NCBI RefSeq assembly: GCF_014252315.1
Contig: NZ_CP059216.1
Location: 120,001-152,000, forward strand
Length of the DNA: 32,000 nucleotides
Reading direction: 5' to 3'
DNA from: Candidatus Saccharimonadota bacterium
GTDB lineage: Bacteria > Bacteroidota > Bacteroidia > Flavobacteriales > Blattabacteriaceae
The notes beneath the pieces were generated by a model. That model made no database searches. It was given only the letters and a program-made list of their open reading frames with translations, and was not told where the DNA came from. Positions 7,211 to 15,912 of this stretch are shown in pieces; the first letter of the stretch is position 1; each line of letters opens with the position of its first letter. The position numbers and the translations under genes are program-made.

Positions 7211-9658
7211 ATGCAAGTTTTAAAATTTGGAGGAAGTTCTGTTGCTCATTCTGATTCTATTAAACGTATTTGTTCTTTATTAAAAAAAAAACCTAAAGGA
7301 AAATATGTCATTGTTGTGTCTGCTTTGAGTAATATAACAGACCAATTAATACAATGTGGGTATTTTGCTTCTGAAAAAAAAAATTATTATAAAGATATAG
7401 TAGAAAAAATAGAAGCACGTCATATTAATATTATTAAAGAATTATTTCCAATTACTTATCAAAGTCATTTAATTAGTTGGATAAAAAAAAATATTAATGA
7501 ATTAGAAAGTTTATGTGATGGAATTTATCAAGTAGAAGAACTATCAAAACGTTCTTTAGATAAAATAATGAGTTTTGGAGAATTAAGTTCTTCTTTTTTA
7601 ATTTCTGAAAAATTAAAACAATATGGATTGGATGCTATATGTAAAGATAGTAGAGATTTGATTATTACTAATTCTAAGTTTGGATGTGCTCAAGTAGATT
7701 TTGTAATTAGTAATTATAGAATTAATAAATTTTTTAGAGAAAAGAAATCAGAATATATAGTATTTCCTGGATTTATAGGTTCTACAAAAAATAATGAAAC
7801 TACTACTCTTGGAAGAGGTGGATCTGATTATACTGCATCTATTTTAGCAGCAGCTATATCTGCAAATTTACTTGAGATATGGACAGATGTTAGTGGTATG
7901 ATGACTGCTAATCCTAAAATAGTTAATCAAGCTTTTCCAATTAAGGAAATTTCTTATGAAGAAGCTATGGAATTATCTCATTTTGGAGCTAAGGTTATTT
8001 ATCCTCCTACAATTCAACCTGCTATGAAAAAACATATTCCTATACAAATTAAAAATACTTTTTCCCCATTAGATTCAGGTACTCTTATTTATATAAGCAA
8101 AAATATTAGTATTAGTCAACCTGTTACTGGAATTTCTGGAATTAAAAACATGTCTTTACTGACTTTAGAAGGGAGTGGAATGATAGGAATACCTGGTTAT
8201 TCTAAAAGATTATTCGAAGCTTTATCAAGAGAAAAAATTAATGTAATATTTATAACTCAAAGTTCTTCAGAACATTCAATAACTACTGGAGTACATGATA
8301 TAGATGTAAATAAATCAAAAAAAGCAATTGATAAAGAATTTTTTAGAGAAATACAACAAAAACGTGTAGATCCTATAATAATAGAAAAAAATTTGTGTAT
8401 TATAGCAGTTGTAGGAGATAATATGAAAAATCTTCATGGTACTAGTGGAAAAATGTTTTCTTCTTTGGGAAGAAATAGTATAAATGTTAGAGCTATTGCA
8501 CAAGGTTCTACAGAAAAAAATATATCAGCAGTTATTCGTAAAAAAGATTTTAAAAAAGCATTAAATACTTTACATGAAGCTTTTTTTGAAAGCCCTCCCA
8601 AACAAATTAATCTTTTTATTTGTGGAGTAGGTAAAGTAGGTAGTAAATTATTAGAACAAGTAGATCAACAACAAAATTACTTGTTAGAAGAATTAAAACT
8701 ACAAGTTAGAGTTATAGGAATTGCTAATAGTAAAAAGATGTATTTTGATTATCATGGTATTGATTTATTTTATTGGGATAAATATCTTAATGAAAATGGA
8801 AATAAAATGAATGGTTATTCTTTTATGAAAGAAGTGTGTAATTTTAATTTGAGAAATAGTTTATTTGTAGATAATACAGCTAGTGAAGAAATGGCAATGA
8901 TTTATGATAAATTTCTTAAGAATGGAATCGGAGTTATTACTTGTAATAAAATAGCATGTTCATCAAGTTATAATCATTATAAAAAACTTAAAATATTATC
9001 TAGACATTTTAAAGCTCCATTTTTATTTGAAACTAATGTTGGAGCTAGTTTACCTGTAATTAGTACATTAAATGATCTTATTAATAGTGGAGATAAAATA
9101 AATAAAATTGAGGCAGTTTTATCAGGAAGTTTAAATTTTATATTTAATAATTTTATAGGGAAAAAATCTTTTTTAGAAATAGTAAAAGAAGCTCATTCAA
9201 AAGGATTTACTGAACCAGATCCTAGAATTGATTTAAGTGGATTAGATGTTATGAGAAAAATACTTATTTTGGCAAGAGAATGCGGATCTCCATTAGAATT
9301 AAATGATATTTATCAAAAATCTTTTTTACCTAAAGATTGTTGTAATTCTATTTCTATAGAAGATTTTTATAAAAATTTATATAAATACAATAATTATTTT
9401 TTCAGAATAAGATACGAAGCAGAAAAAAATAACAAAAGATTACGTTTTATTGCACGTTATGAAAATGGAGGGGCTACAGTAGGATTAGAACATATTGATC
9501 AATATCATCCATTTTTTCAATTAGAAGGAAAAGATAATATGGTTTTGTATAATACATATCGTTATTCAGAACAACCTCTTATTATAAAAGGAGCAGGAGC
9601 TGGAGCTGAAGTAACTGCGTCTGGAGTTTTTTCAGATATTATTAAAGCAACTAAGTAA
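7211..9658 (+). CDS. thrA: Bifunctional aspartokinase / homoserine dehydrogenase
   Basis: 815 aa. The N-terminal amino-acid kinase domain has KFGGSSV and TTLGRGGSDYTA. The central region is ACT-like. The C-terminal homoserine dehydrogenase domain has GVGKVGS and LSGSLNFIFN…GFTEPDPR.DLSG.DV.RK. Confidence 0.95.
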   Translation: MQVLKFGGSSVAHSDSIKRICSLLKKKPKGKYVIVVSALSNITDQLIQCGYFASEKKNYYKDIVEKIEARHINIIKELFPITYQSHLISWIKKNINELESLCDGIYQVEELSKRSLDKIMSFGELSSSFLISEKLKQYGLDAICKDSRDLIITNSKFGCAQVDFVISNYRINKFFREKKSEYIVFPGFIGSTKNNETTTLGRGGSDYTASILAAAISANLLEIWTDVSGMMTANPKIVNQAFPIKEISYEEAMELSHFGAKVIYPPTIQPAMKKHIPIQIKNTFSPLDSGTLIYISKNISISQPVTGISGIKNMSLLTLEGSGMIGIPGYSKRLFEALSREKINVIFITQSSSEHSITTGVHDIDVNKSKKAIDKEFFREIQQKRVDPIIIEKNLCIIAVVGDNMKNLHGTSGKMFSSLGRNSINVRAIAQGSTEKNISAVIRKKDFKKALNTLHEAFFESPPKQINLFICGVGKVGSKLLEQVDQQQNYLLEELKLQVRVIGIANSKKMYFDYHGIDLFYWDKYLNENGNKMNGYSFMKEVCNFNLRNSLFVDNTASEEMAMIYDKFLKNGIGVITCNKIACSSSYNHYKKLKILSRHFKAPFLFETNVGASLPVISTLNDLINSGDKINKIEAVLSGSLNFIFNNFIGKKSFLEIVKEAHSKGFTEPDPRIDLSGLDVMRKILILARECGSPLELNDIYQKSFLPKDCCNSISIEDFYKNLYKYNNYFFRIRYEAEKNNKRLRFIARYENGGATVGLEHIDQYHPFFQLEGKDNMVLYNTYRYSEQPLIIKGAGAGAEVTASGVFSDIIKATK

Positions 9659-9686
9659 AACAAAATAAGGATTTTTATAAATTATT

Positions 9687-10631
9687 ATGAATGCAATAAA
9701 AATATTTGCACCAGCTACAGTAGCTAATTTAGTATGTGGATTTGATATAATTGGATTAGCTTTGGATTATCCAAAAGATGAAATTTATTTATATAAATCT
9801 AATAATCCTGGAATACGAATCAATAAGATATATGGGCCATCTTTACCTAAAGATCCTAAAAAAAATTCTGCATTTGCAGCATTACAATTATTGTTAAATA
9901 AATATGAAAAATTAAATAAATTAAAAAATAATATAGGATTTGAAATGGAATTGATTAAAAATATTTATCCAGGAAGTGGTATTGGATCAAGTGCTGCTAG
10001 TTCTGCTGGTGTTGTTTTTGGAGCTAATATTTTATTAGGAAATCCTTTTAATACTATTCAATTAATTCGTTTTGCAATGGAAGGAGAAAGGGTAGCTAGT
10101 GGATCAGCTCACGCTGATAATGTAGCTCCTGCAATTATGGGTGGATTAACTTTAATAAGAAGTTATGATCCTTTAGATATTACTAAATTACATTCTCCTA
10201 ATGAATTATGGGTTAGTATAATACATCCAGAAATAGAAATTAAAACCTCAGATGCTAGAAAAATTTTGAAAAAAAATATTTTAATGAAAGATGCTATTCA
10301 ACAATGGGGAAATATTGGAGCATTAGTTGCTGGACTATATCAAGAAAATTATTCATTGATTAGCAGGTCTTTAGAAGATGTAATTGTAGAGCCTATAAGA
10401 TCAACATTAATTCCATCTTTTTATGAATTAAAAGTTAAATGTAAAGAAATAGGAGCATTAGGAGGTGGTATTTCTGGATCAGGACCTTCCGTTTTTATGT
10501 TAAGTAAAGGAAATAAAATAGCAAAGAAAGTTACAAAAGTAATGAATGATATATATTCAACATTAAAAGTTGGATATAATACTTATACTTCTCCTATAAA
10601 TCAAAAAGGATTAAAATGGAAAAAAATATAA
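9687..10631 (+). CDS. thrB: Homoserine kinase
   Basis: 314 aa. It carries the GHMP-kinase motif PGSGIGSSAASSAG and sits between thrA and thrC. Confidence 0.93.
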   Translation: MNAIKIFAPATVANLVCGFDIIGLALDYPKDEIYLYKSNNPGIRINKIYGPSLPKDPKKNSAFAALQLLLNKYEKLNKLKNNIGFEMELIKNIYPGSGIGSSAASSAGVVFGANILLGNPFNTIQLIRFAMEGERVASGSAHADNVAPAIMGGLTLIRSYDPLDITKLHSPNELWVSIIHPEIEIKTSDARKILKKNILMKDAIQQWGNIGALVAGLYQENYSLISRSLEDVIVEPIRSTLIPSFYELKVKCKEIGALGGGISGSGPSVFMLSKGNKIAKKVTKVMNDIYSTLKVGYNTYTSPINQKGLKWKKI

Positions 10632-10659
10632 TGATTTTTTTTAAATAATAAAATTTTTT

Positions 10660-11982
10660 ATGTTATATCATAGTATAAATAATAGTAAAAATTTGGTATC
10701 ATTTGAAAATGCTGTATTAAATGGAATATCTCCAGATGGATCATTATATATTCCTCAATATATACCAAAATTAAATATTCTATCTAATAAAAAATTTTTT
10801 GATAGAGATGATAATTTAATAGCATTATCAGTAATAAAACCTTATCTAGGAAAAGATATCACAGATAATTGTATTTTCAATATTATTGATAATACTTTAA
10901 AATTTCCTTTTCCAATAAAAAAAATTCATGATAATATTTATACATTAGAATTATTTCATGGACCTACCTTAGCATTTAAGGATGTTGGAGCAAAATTCAT
11001 GGCAGAATATTTAAATTTTATATCTAATAAAATAGGAAAAAAAATTACAGTATTAGTAGCTACATCTGGAGATACTGGAGGTGCTGTCGCTAAAGCTTTT
11101 TATAAAAAAAAAGGAATTGAAGTTATTATTTTATATCCACGTAATGGTATAAGTTCATTACAAGAAAAACAAATATCTTCTTTAGGACATAATATATTAT
11201 CTTTAGAAATAGATGGTAATTTTGATAATTGTCAATATATAGTAAAAAAATCTTTCTTAGATAAAGAAATAAAAAAAAAATATATTTTAACATCTGCTAA
11301 TTCTATTAATATAGCAAGATTGTTGCCACAAATGTTTTATTATTTTATATCTTATAAAAATATAATTAAAAAAATTAAAGATATTTCTGAATTAGTTTTT
11401 TCAGTTCCTAGTGGAAATTTTGGAAATATTTGTGCAGGTATGATGGCAGAAAAAATGGGATTACCAATAAAATTTTTTATTGCTTCTACTAATATTAATG
11501 ATACTATACCTAGATTTTTATCTACTAATAAGTATGACCCTATGGTTACAAAAAAAACAATATCAAATGCAATGGATATTTCTAATCCTAGTAATTTTCC
11601 AAGAATATGGAATTTTTTATATAAAAAAAATTTTATACAAATAAAGAAAAAATTATATTCTTATTCATTTACAGATAGTGAAACTTTATCTACTATAATA
11701 GATGTTTACAACAATTATAAATATATTATGGATCCACATGGGGCTATTGGATATTTAGGTATTTCACGACATTCAAATAAAAAATTAAAATCTTCTTGTA
11801 TTTATATTTTTTTAGAAACAGCTCATCCTTTTAAATTTTTAGAAAATATGCCATGTAGTATTCGTAAAAATATTTCTAAAAATAAAAATATTATGGAAAT
11901 GTTAAATAATAGAAAAATAAAAAAAATATCTATAAAAAATAATTTTGATCAATTTAAAAGTTGGTTATTAGAAAATAAATAA
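10660..11982 (+). CDS. thrC: Threonine synthase
   Basis: 440 aa. It has the PLP-lysine motif FHGPTLAFKDVG and ATSGDTGGA, and is the last gene of the thrABC order. Confidence 0.93.
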   Translation: MLYHSINNSKNLVSFENAVLNGISPDGSLYIPQYIPKLNILSNKKFFDRDDNLIALSVIKPYLGKDITDNCIFNIIDNTLKFPFPIKKIHDNIYTLELFHGPTLAFKDVGAKFMAEYLNFISNKIGKKITVLVATSGDTGGAVAKAFYKKKGIEVIILYPRNGISSLQEKQISSLGHNILSLEIDGNFDNCQYIVKKSFLDKEIKKKYILTSANSINIARLLPQMFYYFISYKNIIKKIKDISELVFSVPSGNFGNICAGMMAEKMGLPIKFFIASTNINDTIPRFLSTNKYDPMVTKKTISNAMDISNPSNFPRIWNFLYKKNFIQIKKKLYSYSFTDSETLSTIIDVYNNYKYIMDPHGAIGYLGISRHSNKKLKSSCIYIFLETAHPFKFLENMPCSIRKNISKNKNIMEMLNNRKIKKISIKNNFDQFKSWLLENK

Positions 11983-12005
11983 TATTAATTTATTTTAAAT
12001 TAATA
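11983..12005. terminator. Candidate bidirectional A/T-only hairpin between convergent thrC and thyA
   Basis: TATTAATTTA (11983-11992) and TAAATTAATA (11996-12005) form a perfect 10-bp inverted repeat with a TTT loop. It fills the 28-bp gap between the two stop codons. The stem is all A:T, so it is weak, and such palindromes are common by chance at this composition. Confidence 0.25.
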
Positions 12006-12010
12006 ATAAA

Positions 12011-12804
12011 CTAAACGGCAACATCACCTTTAATATGAGAATGAGGATTATAATTTTTTAATTTAAAATCTTTAAAAGAATATTCAAATATATTTTTTAT
12101 TGATGGATTAATAATAATTGTTGGAAGTTTTTTAGGTTTTCTATTTATCTGTTTTTTAACTTGATTTATATGATTAATATAAATATGAGCATCTCCTATA
12201 ACATGTATTAATTCTTTTACTTTCAATTCAAGAACATTAGATAACATAATAATTAGCAATGAATAAGAAGCAATATTGAAAGGCAATCCTAAAAAAATGT
12301 CAGCACTTCTTTGATATAATTGTAATGATAATTCTTTATTTATAATATAAACTTGAAATAGTAAATGACATGGAGGAATAGACATTTTATCAATCATACC
12401 TACGTTCCATGAAGATACAATTAATCTTCTTGAATTTGGATTAGATTTTATTTTTTTTACAAGATTATTTATTTGATCAATATGAGAATTATCATAAGTA
12501 GGCCATTTTCTCCATTGAAATCCATATATTGGACCAAGATCCCCATTATTATCAGCCCATTCATTCCAAATAGAAACTTTATTATTTATTAAATATTTTA
12601 TATTAGTACATCCTTTTAAGAACCATAATAATTCATAAATAATTGATTTTATATCTAATTTTTTAGTAGTAAGAAGAGGAAATCCTTTTCTTAAATCAAA
12701 TCTCATTTGATATCCAAATACACTAATCGTTTCTATACCAGTTCTATTTTTTTTTTTTTACCATTTTTTAAAACATATTTTAACAAATCTATATATTGTT
12801 TCAT
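12011..12804 (-). pseudogene. thyA: Thymidylate synthase ThyA, frameshifted in an A13 tract (joined product 264 aa; the track ORF 12011..12706 lacks the N-terminal 33 aa)
   Basis: The track ORF starts at the internal [16 protein letters not shown]. The same frame continues upstream as [14 protein letters not shown] until it hits the A-run. ATG 12804 in another frame gives [19 protein letters not shown], then IELV*. Joined, the sequence [38 protein letters not shown] mirrors the canonical ThyA N-terminus (MKQYL…G…NDRTGTGT.S.FG.QMRF.L). The rest of the protein is intact, including the active-site PPCH. Confidence 0.85.
12747..12759 (-). repeat. Poly(A)13 homopolymer (T13 on + strand) at the thyA frameshift site
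   Basis: Counted directly: a at 12746, t at 12747-12759, a at 12760. A14 or A11 would be in frame. Confidence 0.95.
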
Positions 12805-12882
12805 AAATAAATGATTTTGTTTGAGATTTACTTTTTATTTAACTTAATTTAATAAAGTATTTTTGCATAAAAAAATGTAAAT

Positions 12883-13827
12883 ATGACTATGAGTCAAAAA
12901 GTTCTCTTTTTTTCTACAAAAAGTGGGTTTAAATTGTCAAAGGATATAGCACATTATTATGGAAGTTTTTTAGGTAAAATAAAACTTTTAAAATTTAGTG
13001 ATGGAGAATATATACCTCATTTTGAACAATCTGTTAGAGGATGTAATGTATTCTTAATAGGGTCTACATTTCCTCCGGTAGATAATTTAATGGAATTACT
13101 ACTTATGTGCGACGCAGCTAAAAGAGCATCGGCTTATAGTATTACATTAGTAATCCCATATTTTGGTTGGGCTAGACAAGATCATAAAGATCAACCTAGA
13201 ACACCTATTGCAGCAAAACTTATAGCAAATTTAATTACAGCATCAGGCGCTTCTAGAGTAATGACAATGGATTTACATGCAGATCAAATTCAAGGATTTT
13301 TTGACATACCTGTAGATCACTTATATGCATCAAGAATTTTTATTAATTATATTAAAAAAAAATTAAATATAGATAAGTTAACAATTGCTTCTCCAGATAT
13401 GGGTGGAGCAAAAAGAGCTAGAAGTTATGCAGGATATTTAGGAACAGATGTTGTAGTATGTTATAAAGAAAGAAAAAAAGCAAATGAAATAGAATTTATG
13501 AACCTTATAGGAAATGTTAAAAATAGAAATATTATACTTATAGATGATATGGTTGATACAGCAGGAACTTTAACAGAAGCTGCTGAATTAATAAAAAAAA
13601 ATGGAGCAAAAAGTGTAAGTGCAATAGCTACACATCCTGTTTTATCAGGAAATTCTTATGAAAAAATTACTAATTCTTATATAGAAGAATTAGTAGTAAC
13701 AGATACTATTCCAATAAAACAAAAATATAATAAAAAAATTAAAGTTTTATCTTGCGCACCTTTATTTGCTGAGGTAATGCATTCTATACAAAAAGATGAA
13801 TCTATTAGTAGTAAATTTTTTATTTAA
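12883..13827 (+). CDS. prs: Ribose-phosphate pyrophosphokinase (PRPP synthetase)
   Basis: 314 aa. Motifs present: DLHADQIQGFFDIPVDHL, the PRPP-binding loop IILIDDMVDTAGT, and IPYFGWARQD. The start could be ATG 12883 or ATG 12889. Confidence 0.95.
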   Translation: MTMSQKVLFFSTKSGFKLSKDIAHYYGSFLGKIKLLKFSDGEYIPHFEQSVRGCNVFLIGSTFPPVDNLMELLLMCDAAKRASAYSITLVIPYFGWARQDHKDQPRTPIAAKLIANLITASGASRVMTMDLHADQIQGFFDIPVDHLYASRIFINYIKKKLNIDKLTIASPDMGGAKRARSYAGYLGTDVVVCYKERKKANEIEFMNLIGNVKNRNIILIDDMVDTAGTLTEAAELIKKNGAKSVSAIATHPVLSGNSYEKITNSYIEELVVTDTIPIKQKYNKKIKVLSCAPLFAEVMHSIQKDESISSKFFI

Positions 13828-13842
13828 ATATTAAAAAATATA

Positions 13843-14475
13843 ATGAAATATATAACTATATATGGGGAAAAAAGAAATATTGTAAAAAAATGTATACGAT
13901 CAAATAATAAAATTCCATGTATTTTGTATGGAAAAAATATAAATATTCCATTTTTTTCTTCATTAGAAGAAATAAAAAAAATAGTTTTTAATAAAAAAAT
14001 ATGTGGTGTTATTATAAAATTGAAAATAAATGATAATCAATATAATAATATAAAAGCAATTCATAAAGAAATACAATTTGATCCTGTAAAAGATAATATT
14101 TTACATGTAGATTTTTATAAAATTGAGGAATCAACCCCTATTATTTTACATATTCCTATAATATTTATAGGAAGACCTATTGGAGTATCAAAAGGAGGAG
14201 AATGTTTTATTCCAATAAAAAAATTAAAAATAAAAGTATTTCCAATAAATATTCCAGAATATATAAAAATAGATATAAATCATTTAGATATTGGAAATAA
14301 AATAATAATAAAAGATTTAAAAAAAGAAAATTATACTATATTACATTCTTATAATACTTTATTAGTAAAAATAAAAAAGTCTAGAAAATCAAATATTTCT
14401 CAAAATGAGGATAATAATGTAAAAGAAAAAGATGATAAAAAAATAGATAAAAAAATAATAAATAAAAAAAATTAA
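13843..14475 (+). CDS. rplY: 50S ribosomal protein L25, Ctc (long) form
   Basis: 210 aa. The L25/Ctc N-terminal domain (…IPCILYGKN…) and central beta domain are followed by a Lys/Asp-rich tail. The gene follows prs. Confidence 0.85.
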   Translation: MKYITIYGEKRNIVKKCIRSNNKIPCILYGKNINIPFFSSLEEIKKIVFNKKICGVIIKLKINDNQYNNIKAIHKEIQFDPVKDNILHVDFYKIEESTPIILHIPIIFIGRPIGVSKGGECFIPIKKLKIKVFPINIPEYIKIDINHLDIGNKIIIKDLKKENYTILHSYNTLLVKIKKSRKSNISQNEDNNVKEKDDKKIDKKIINKKN

Positions 14476-14948
14476 TGTCTATTAAAGATTTTCATTTTAT
14501 GAAAATAGCATTGAAAGAAGCTATTAATGCCTTTAAAATCAATGAAGTACCTATAGGTGCAGTTATAACTTATAATAACATAGTTATAGCAAAAACACAT
14601 AATTTAACTGAAACTTTAAATAATATAACTGCACATGCAGAAATTTTGGCAATAAAAAAAGCATCTAGTTTTTTAAATAAAAAATATATAAAAAAATGTA
14701 CTATATATGTTACATTAGAACCATGTATAATGTGTGCTGGAGCTTTATATTTATCCAAAATAGGAAAAATTGTTTGTGGAGCACCTAATAATAATTCTAA
14801 AGGATTTTTATATTATGGAATTAAATTACATCCAGATACAATATATATTTCTGGTATACTAAAAAATCAATGTAAATTTTTAATACAAGATTTTTTTTTC
14901 TTTAAAAGAATTAACAAAAAATATAATCATAATATATTTAGTTATTAA
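14475..14948 (+). CDS. tadA: tRNA-specific adenosine(34) deaminase
   Basis: 157 aa. CDA-fold zinc motifs HAEILAI and EPCIMCAGAL are present, with N-terminal MKIALKEA…EVPIGAVI. The ATG overlaps the rplY stop (TAATG). Confidence 0.88.
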   Translation: MSIKDFHFMKIALKEAINAFKINEVPIGAVITYNNIVIAKTHNLTETLNNITAHAEILAIKKASSFLNKKYIKKCTIYVTLEPCIMCAGALYLSKIGKIVCGAPNNNSKGFLYYGIKLHPDTIYISGILKNQCKFLIQDFFFFKRINKKYNHNIFSY

Positions 14949-15631
14949 ATAAATATTTTTTTTTTATATATTCTTAATTTTAATATTATTGGAATCATTG
15001 TTGTTACTATAATTAATAGAATTATCCATTCTAAATGATTTTTTAATTCAGGAAAATTTTTATCTAAATAATGTCCAGATAACATAATAGAAAAAGTCCA
15101 AATAATTGCTCCTATAATATTATATATCATAAATTTTTTAAAATTAACTCTTATAGCTCCTGCTATAATAGGTGCAAAAGATCGAAACATAGGTAAAAAA
15201 CGACTGATAATTAATGCTGTAGTTTTATATCTATTATAAAATAATTTTGCTAGAATCAAATGTTTTTTTTTAAAGAAAAAGGAATCTTTTTTTTCATAAA
15301 GTAGTTTTCCAGATTTATATCCTAACCAATATCCTTGTATATTTCCAAGAATAGCAACTAATGCAACAATTAATATTATTACAAAAAAAGGCACATTATA
15401 AAAATTTTTACATAAGTCTTCTCCAAAAATACCTGCAGTAAATAATAATGAATCACCTGGAAGTAAAAATCCAATAAAAAAACCAGTTTCTGCAAAAACT
15501 ATTGCCAATAAAATAAAAATAGCAGTTTTTCCACAATATAAAAAAATCCATCTAGGATTAAATAAATGTTGAAAAAAATTCCAAAAATCTATATGATTTT
15601 TTTGATGAAACAAAAAATTGAAAATTTCCAT
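14945..15631 (-). CDS. DedA/VTT-family inner-membrane protein
   Basis: 228 aa and multi-TM. It has the DedA signature …ETGFFIGFLLPGDSLLFTAGIF…, and …RFLPMFRSFAPIIAG. Confidence 0.85.
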   Translation of the reverse strand: MEIFNFLFHQKNHIDFWNFFQHLFNPRWIFLYCGKTAIFILLAIVFAETGFFIGFLLPGDSLLFTAGIFGEDLCKNFYNVPFFVIILIVALVAILGNIQGYWLGYKSGKLLYEKKDSFFFKKKHLILAKLFYNRYKTTALIISRFLPMFRSFAPIIAGAIRVNFKKFMIYNIIGAIIWTFSIMLSGHYLDKNFPELKNHLEWIILLIIVTTMIPIILKLRIYKKKIFI

Positions 15632-15744
15632 TTTTTTCTATTTTTTTTCTATTTTAGAAAACAGAATTAAATATTTAAAATATATTATATTTTTATACAT
15701 ATTATAAATTTATTAATACCAAATTAAAATATATATTTTTTATT

Positions 15745-15861
15745 ATGAAGTGTTTATTTAAAATTATTAATATTTTAGGATGGATTCCTAATATACTTTT
15801 TGTAACAATAGGTTTTATATTTATAGTATTTTGGATGTATAAAATATTATATAATAAATAA
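15745..15861 (+). CDS. Candidate small single-pass membrane protein (38 aa), not in the ORF track
   Basis: ATG 15745 to TAA 15859-15861 gives MKCLFKIINILGWIPNILFVTIGFIFIVFWMYKILYNK. It has one clear hydrophobic helix flanked by Lys residues and lies in the only sizeable unassigned gap (15632..15912), co-oriented with aroB. No family assignment is possible by eye. Confidence 0.35.
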   Translation: MKCLFKIINILGWIPNILFVTIGFIFIVFWMYKILYNK

Positions 15862-15912
15862 TATAAAATATACAATAAATCAAATAAAAAAATTTTGAAA
15901 CAATAATATATA

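Noticed and set aside
15631-15660. The direct repeat TTTTTTTCTA / TTTTTTTTCTA upstream of the dedA start, considered as a regulatory repeat
   Set aside because: It is short and imperfect, consisting essentially of T-runs punctuated by CTA. It cannot be distinguished from low-complexity background.
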